Origin: Phoronis australis
Lineage: Eukaryota; Animalia; Phoronida
Direction of reading: 5' to 3'
Length of the DNA: 64,000 nt
Assembly (NCBI GenBank): GCA_002633005.1
Contig: NMRA01000491.1
Span: 648 to 64,647, forward strand
The notes under the pieces: generated by a model
The model's database searches: none
What the model was told of the DNA's origin: nothing
The model's input: the letters and a program-made list of their open reading frames with translations, nothing else
Shown: positions 60,201-64,000 of the stretch, piece by piece
Position numbering within the stretch: position 1 is the first letter of the stretch
Layout of the letters: each line of letters opens with the position of its first letter
Translations under genes and position numbers: made by a program

Positions 60201-61114
60201 ACGGCTGAGAAGAAAAGTCATCCAGTGCCTCAGACATAAGACAAAGTCATCCAGTGCCTCAGACATAAGACAAAGTCATCCAGTGCCTCAGACATAAGAC
60301 AAAGTCATCCAGAGCCTCAGACATAAGACAAAGTCATCCAGTGCCTCAGACATAAGACAAAGTCATTCAGTGCCTCAGACATAAGACAAAGTCTAAAGCT
60401 AAAAGTCAAAGAGTTGACATGTCATTAACTCATAGAAACCTAAACATGAAGACTCGCAAAGCACTAAACATTTGTCGTGCGAGAACCTTTTGCGCTGCGA
60501 AACGGCATAGCAAAAAAGGGACACCCTTTTCACACAATTTTAACAAAGGCAATGCAACTTTCAAACAAAACAAAGAGAAATCCCAATATCCCAAAGGAGG
60601 GCGCACTCACAGAACAAGGTGAGAAACCTCCCATATACCAAGTAATTCTAACACAGCCTACAGTTTCGAGATCAACTGTACCTACGTTACCATACACAGT
60701 ACAAAGTACACGAAGGTACCGCTAGGTGGCAACAACAGTTGTGAGAACCATGTGATCAGTCTTTGTGGTTTAATTTTTTTAGTGACAATTGGTCTCGATC
60801 TTTACACCAAGACAAGTAACAGGTCTTAGATTAAGAAGTTAATAGAAATCAGTATGATGAATGGCCGATGGCCGCCTGCTATCAATGTCGACAGACAGTG
60901 ATAAGTCACAGCAACTTTCAGTTCAGTGAAAATAGTGCTCACAGCTGACAGCATGCAAATATCTGAGTGCGTGTGGCCTGGCCAGGTGTTGACAGCGCCT
61001 ACCTTCTTGCCAAACTCATTATCCACCGACATCATTTCCTTGAGTGTCTGCAGTACCTTGATACATAGCTTGTCCTCCTTTTCTTCAATCAACCTCTGGC
61101 AGTGTTTGATCAGC
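34033..61114 (-). CDS. ITPR: Inositol 1,4,5-trisphosphate receptor, 3' 21 coding exons (about 1105 aa; 5' part outside the window)
   Basis: All exons are GT-AG and in phase. Diagnostic motifs: [80 protein letters not shown] (selectivity filter), [49 protein letters not shown]. Confidence 0.97.
34495..34675. repeat. Compound (TA)n/(TG)n microsatellite
   Basis: Visible dinucleotide runs. Confidence 0.95.
35126..35287 (-). CDS. ITPR: ITPR exon (C-terminal coiled coil)
   Basis: [15 protein letters not shown]...QLTELKDQ. Confidence 0.95.
35601..35722. repeat. 24-bp minisatellite, 5 copies, inside a dispersed-repeat copy (about 35570-35975)
   Basis: TTTTCAACTTGGTAAAAGTACATA x5. Confidence 0.95.
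36065..36225 (-). CDS. ITPR: ITPR exon
   Basis: [29 protein letters not shown]...TGPESYV. Confidence 0.95.
37014..37179 (-). CDS. ITPR: ITPR exon (TM6)
   Basis: [47 protein letters not shown]. Confidence 0.96.
37725..37891 (-). CDS. ITPR: ITPR pore exon
   Basis: [33 protein letters not shown]. Confidence 0.95.
38273..38416 (-). CDS. ITPR: ITPR luminal-loop exon
   Basis: [48 protein letters not shown]; phase 1-1; alternative in-frame donor at 38237. Confidence 0.7.
38762..38900. repeat. ~24-bp minisatellite, about 6 copies
   Basis: ATAATACATCAGTTGTGAACATTA. Confidence 0.9.
39118..39304 (-). CDS. ITPR: ITPR exon (TM5)
   Basis: [19 protein letters not shown]...[13 protein letters not shown]. 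Confidence 0.94.
39715..39879 (-). CDS. ITPR: ITPR exon (TM region)
   Basis: [17 protein letters not shown]...[13 protein letters not shown]. Confidence 0.93.
40829..40886. repeat. (CA)n/(CACG)n microsatellite
   Basis: Visible in sequence. Confidence 0.95.
40900..42200 (-). mobile_element. Decayed L1/Tx1-like LINE ORF2 3' fragment
   Basis: Interrupted translation contains [13 protein letters not shown].., [12 protein letters not shown] and a zf-RVT-like CCHC remnant [27 protein letters not shown], with stops and frameshifts. Confidence 0.65.
42365..42627. repeat. 44-bp minisatellite, 6 copies
   Basis: TTTCTTGTGTGGATGACGTGCCATTTCACACCAGTACAAATTAC x6. Confidence 0.95.
43066..43238 (-). CDS. 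ITPR: ITPR exon (TM region)
   Basis: [20 protein letters not shown]...[23 protein letters not shown]. Confidence 0.92.
44521..44643 (-). CDS. ITPR: ITPR exon (TM1)
   Basis: [32 protein letters not shown]. Confidence 0.93.
45200..45300. repeat. (AAT)n/(AAC)n microsatellite next to an ITPR donor site
   Basis: Visible trinucleotide runs. Confidence 0.9.
45308..45500 (-). CDS. ITPR: ITPR exon
   Basis: [23 protein letters not shown]...EMKWQKKLR. Confidence 0.95.
46672..46985 (-). repeat. ~80-bp tandem repeat (4 copies) of an ITPR exon 3' end plus donor site
   Basis: GAG|GTGAG donors after 46927, 46844, 46764 and 46684, each preceded by exon-derived sequence. Confidence 0.9.
46927..47046 (-). 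CDS. ITPR: ITPR exon
   Basis: [14 protein letters not shown]...[13 protein letters not shown]. Confidence 0.93.
47341..47478 (-). CDS. ITPR: ITPR exon
   Basis: [10 protein letters not shown]...[16 protein letters not shown]. Confidence 0.93.
47950..48465 (-). mobile_element. Dispersed ~500-bp repeat family copy, reverse orientation
   Basis: Reverse complement of the 23190/26410/28290 family; a partial reverse copy also lies at about 40430-40690. Confidence 0.65.
49138..49468. mobile_element. PIF/Harbinger-like MITE
   Basis: Imperfect TIRs ATGGTGCTTTCCCACT / GGTGGGAAAGTGGCAT in a TAA/TTA context. Confidence 0.45.
50574..50672 (-). CDS. ITPR: ITPR exon
   Basis: [33 protein letters not shown]. 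Confidence 0.95.
51007..51117 (-). CDS. ITPR: ITPR exon
   Basis: [37 protein letters not shown]. Confidence 0.93.
51809..52009 (-). CDS. ITPR: ITPR exon
   Basis: [23 protein letters not shown]...[10 protein letters not shown]. Confidence 0.95.
52367..52647 (-). CDS. ITPR: ITPR exon (start of RIH-associated domain)
   Basis: ...[20 protein letters not shown]. Confidence 0.93.
52670..52855. repeat. 39-bp minisatellite, about 5 copies, abutting an ITPR acceptor
   Basis: CAACGGTTGTTGAATCTTTCAGAAATGTGAGCAACAAACAT-type units. Confidence 0.9.
53661..53721. repeat. 16-bp tandem repeat, about 4 copies
   Basis: CATTATAATGGCACAG. Confidence 0.9.
54106..54298 (-). CDS. ITPR: ITPR exon
   Basis: [24 protein letters not shown]... 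Confidence 0.92.
54790..54921 (-). CDS. ITPR: ITPR exon
   Basis: [17 protein letters not shown]...[10 protein letters not shown]. Confidence 0.93.
55451..55642 (-). CDS. ITPR: ITPR exon
   Basis: [13 protein letters not shown]...MTLYEVQ. Confidence 0.9.
56262..56397. repeat. 44-bp tandem repeat, 3 copies
   Basis: GATACTCCGAGCATTTAGACTGCACTGAATTACAATTACCGGTA. Confidence 0.9.
57726..58852. mobile_element. Non-autonomous DNA transposon, EnSpm/CACTA-like
   Basis: About 30-bp TIRs CACATATCACAAATTTTTGTCCGACCG / CGGTCGGACAAAAATTTGTGATGTGTG, GC-rich subterminal GACCG/CCGAC repeats, AT-rich core, flanking TAC duplication. Confidence 0.75.
59052..59099 (-). CDS. ITPR: Candidate alternative 48-nt ITPR cassette exon ([16 protein letters not shown])
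   Basis: AG acceptor, strong donor AGG|GTAAGA, phase 0-0, open frame, located between the FGKK and GDALR exons. Confidence 0.5.
60214..60393. repeat. 29-bp minisatellite, 6 copies
   Basis: AAAGTCATCCAGTGCCTCAGACATAAGAC x6. Confidence 0.95.
61003..61114 (-). CDS. ITPR: ITPR exon
   Basis: [37 protein letters not shown]. Confidence 0.92.
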
Positions 61115-61513
61115 CTGTCAACATCACGTACAAAGTGGTACACAATGTTATATGCCCAGAGCTACTTAGTTAAGTAGAGTATGCCAATATATTGGTACAA
61201 AGTAGTACATAGAGGTACATAGCCAGCGATACTAACTGAGGTAGACTAGGAAAACACTGTCTGGTACAAAATGGTACACAGTGGTAGATTGGGTTCAATG
61301 TGTACCCCTGGTTCCCAACAGTACATAGAGAAATGCCCAGCAATACAGCCAGGACATAACGATACCAAGTAATACACAAAGTACACAAAAGTACCAACAA
61401 ATACCCACTGGGTGAGGAAATTTCCTCAAATTACAGTCAGTCACACATCTCTGACAATTAGAAAACCAAATATTACTTTCCACTAAAACCCTCTACCTTG
61501 CACATGTAGCCGT

Positions 61514-62663
61514 TAACAAGAACAATGAGTTGAAATGCAACCACAAATGCAACACATACGGTGTGTTTCTGGGGGTGTTTTTTTGTATCATAAAAATGGC
61601 CACTAGATGGCACAAAATATGTCGAATCCATCTGCAAACTGGTATATGTCATCGAAACTATATGTCATCGAAACTACCAAATTCCAAAAACGGCCTTCAA
61701 GGAACTTCTGAGAAACTGAGGAAAACAGAAATAAATGAAACTGCCACCAGCAGGCGCCACTAACAGTACATGAAGTCGTTGGAAAATCATTGTCAATTAT
61801 CCTCTTCACACTAAGAACATATATGCCAATTTTCACAATCCTCATTAGAGTGGTTTGGTTGGCAGAGGGGTGGACGCCAAACAAAAGACCAGATGGCACA
61901 AAATATGTCGAATCTATCCAAAAAAACAGGAATATGTTGTCATTTCAATAGAAATTTCATAAACATCCGTCTGGCTCCAGAGACACAGAGGAAATGGGAA
62001 AAAAATCAAAAGTGCCACTAGGGGGCACAGTGTTTGTTGGATCTGTCCGAAATTGGGGTTGTTCATTGGCAACTTCATATAATACACTTGCTAAATTTAA
62101 TGAAGATACAAACTAAAGTTACACTAGCAAATTTAATAAAGATCCTGAAGAGCATTTAGGAGATACAGCCATGGGTGCAAAAAAAAAACAAAACTGCCAC
62201 TAGCAGGCGCCATAGCTGTCGAAGTCGTCGGAAAATCACCATCAGCCACCCCCCACAATAAGAACAAATTAATTATATGCCAATTTTCACAATCATGCCT
62301 AGAGCGGTTTGGTTGATACAGGGGCAGATGCCAACAGACTCGGAAAACAGTAAAAATGGCCACTAGGTGGCGCAAAGTACCTCAAATCCATCCAAAAACG
62401 GGAGGATAGCGTCATCTCACTAATAGATGCCTAACTGCCAAATTTTATGAAAATCCGTTGAGGACCTCCGAAGATACAGAGGTAAACTTAAAAAACTAAA
62501 ATTGCCACTAGGGGGTACATCGGTAGTCAGAGAGATCTAAAATTCGTTGTCAGCTTCATAGAGACACATTTGTCAAATTTTTTCAAGATCCTGTGAGGGG
62601 TTTAGGAGATACAGCGATGACGACAATATACACCCACATAAAAATATGTGGGCACATAACAAA
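61514..62663 (+). mobile_element. Helentron-associated (HINE/DINE-1-like) non-autonomous element with internal ~150-bp tandem units
   Basis: Starts TAACAAG, subterminal TGCAACCACA, about 7 diverged internal units, and a 3' stem-loop CCCACATA-AAAA-TATGTGGG followed by CACATAA. The 5' end is shared with 63877. Confidence 0.65.
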
Positions 62664-62879
62664 ATGATCTGGAGACTTCCAGACGCATATTAGCCTTTTG
62701 TAGGACCACTAGTAAATTAGGCCCGATTATTTACCGAGCTGTGTTTAAGATTAGATAACATCTCACTGAGTCTATATAATGATTCACTCTGACAGTCAGC
62801 TATTGTTGGAGCCTATGTCTAAAGCAGTTGTTGTGGGTCTGTGGGGGTATATTAGCACCCATGTCTTCAAAAAAAGGTA

Positions 62880-63260
62880 AAATGGGTACCTGGAGAATTT
62901 TACTAATGAGTGCACACTAATACTCAGTAGTAGTTTACAATACAGTCAATTGCAACACCCAATGGTACGCAAGGATATGGAGTAGTAACATCCAGTAATA
63001 CAGAAGGTACAAAGAATTACCCAATGGTATCCAGTAAGTACCAGTAGCCAATGGTACCCAGTGGTAAAGAAAAGCAGACCTTAACACCCAGTAAAAACAG
63101 AAGGAGCAAAGAAGTAGCCGATGGTAGCCAATACTATACACTAAAACCCAACAGTACCCAGCAGTACACTTTGACACCCAGTTATACAGAAGAAATAAAG
63201 AAGTACCCAACGGTACCCAATAATATATAACAAAGGCCAGTGGTGCCCGGCGGTATAACA
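62880..63260. repeat. Degenerate GTACCCA-rich low-complexity repeat (similar tract at 61130-61410)
   Basis: Recurring GGTAC/TACCCA/CCAGTA words. Confidence 0.6.
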
Positions 63261-63876
63261 CATTTCAACCAAGACCCACGAAAGTGTGACAACCGTTGCC
63301 AAGATACACATTAAGTGAGATAAAGGACGCAGCCCATAATATAATACAGCCCCTCTAAGGACAAGACAGGCAAAATAAATAGGAGTTTGTGCATTTCATG
63401 CATAGTACCTCCTCTAGAAATCTTATCTATGTCTACGTGCTACTTCAGTAATGTTCAGTTACATTTATGTTTTGTATGCTGCTAGAGTGACGTTACCTCA
63501 TAAAGATACACATGACAGTTATCGGAGCTGAAGACCTAAAACATCAAACTAGTTACAGAGAATTGTGGGTACCGATTTGCAAATAAAATGAGCAACAGCG
63601 TCCATAATTAATACAGGCTCATTAAAATCAATGATACGTGCGCCCACGGTGTGCACCGCATACAATGCACAGCAGCGATAATCGCATTCACGGTGAACAC
63701 CACAAATGGCGAAGATAACAAGGGTGCAATTTTTTATAACATTTACACGCACTACAGAGAGTAACACCTAAATGAATTATAACTTGTGGAGACATGAAAA
63801 ATGTTTTCAGAAGCATACGGAAGATTGATTTCAGTTAGACACACAAATCCATGTTAGATCAAATCAATGTCAGTAT

Positions 63877-64000
63877 TAACAAGAGCAACGCAGAGCGTTG
63901 AAATGCGCCCACAATTGCACCGCATACGGTATCCTTCTAGGGTTGTTTATTGGTACCATAAAGTGGCCAGTAGAGGGCATACTTTGCAAAATGGAAAGGC
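63877..64000 (+). mobile_element. 5' end of a second HINE-like copy, cut by the window edge
   Basis: TAACAAGAGCAACG..GTTGAAATGCGCCCACAATTGCACCGCATACGGT matches 61514-61563. Confidence 0.65.

Noticed and set aside
61115-64000. Further upstream ITPR exons
   Set aside because: I found no segment encoding the expected preceding ITPR sequence; the region is repeat-filled intron.

Overview
AT-rich, intron-rich animal genomic DNA, probably a marine invertebrate; the taxon cannot be fixed from the sequence alone. I reconstructed three spliced genes by hand, checking GT-AG boundaries and reading phase. (1) A complete 7-exon secreted UPF0764/C16orf89-like gene on the minus strand (16994->5379, about 352 aa). 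(2) A complete 6-exon type I membrane protein on the plus strand (22183-30630) with a signal peptide, two CUB domains, a Thr-rich stalk, a TM helix and a Tyr-motif-rich tail. (3) The 3' 21 coding exons (about 1105 aa) of an inositol 1,4,5-trisphosphate receptor (ITPR) on the minus strand (61114->34033), whose 5' part lies beyond the window. The rest is non-autonomous transposons (MITEs with 5-bp or TTAA TSDs, an EnSpm-like element, Helentron/HINE-like elements, a decayed L1/Tx1 LINE), minisatellites and an N gap. The most notable observations are: a stack of short LTR+tRNA-Ser primer-site modules, one carrying what looks like a cDNA copy of a mature, modified tRNA-Ser(IGA); a 1.94-kb nested palindrome formed by two tail-to-tail Crypton-like elements; an in-frame 48-nt candidate cassette exon at the position of the mammalian ITPR1 SII splice region; repeated tandem duplication of splice junctions; and a transposon carrying a phased array of CTCF-like motifs.
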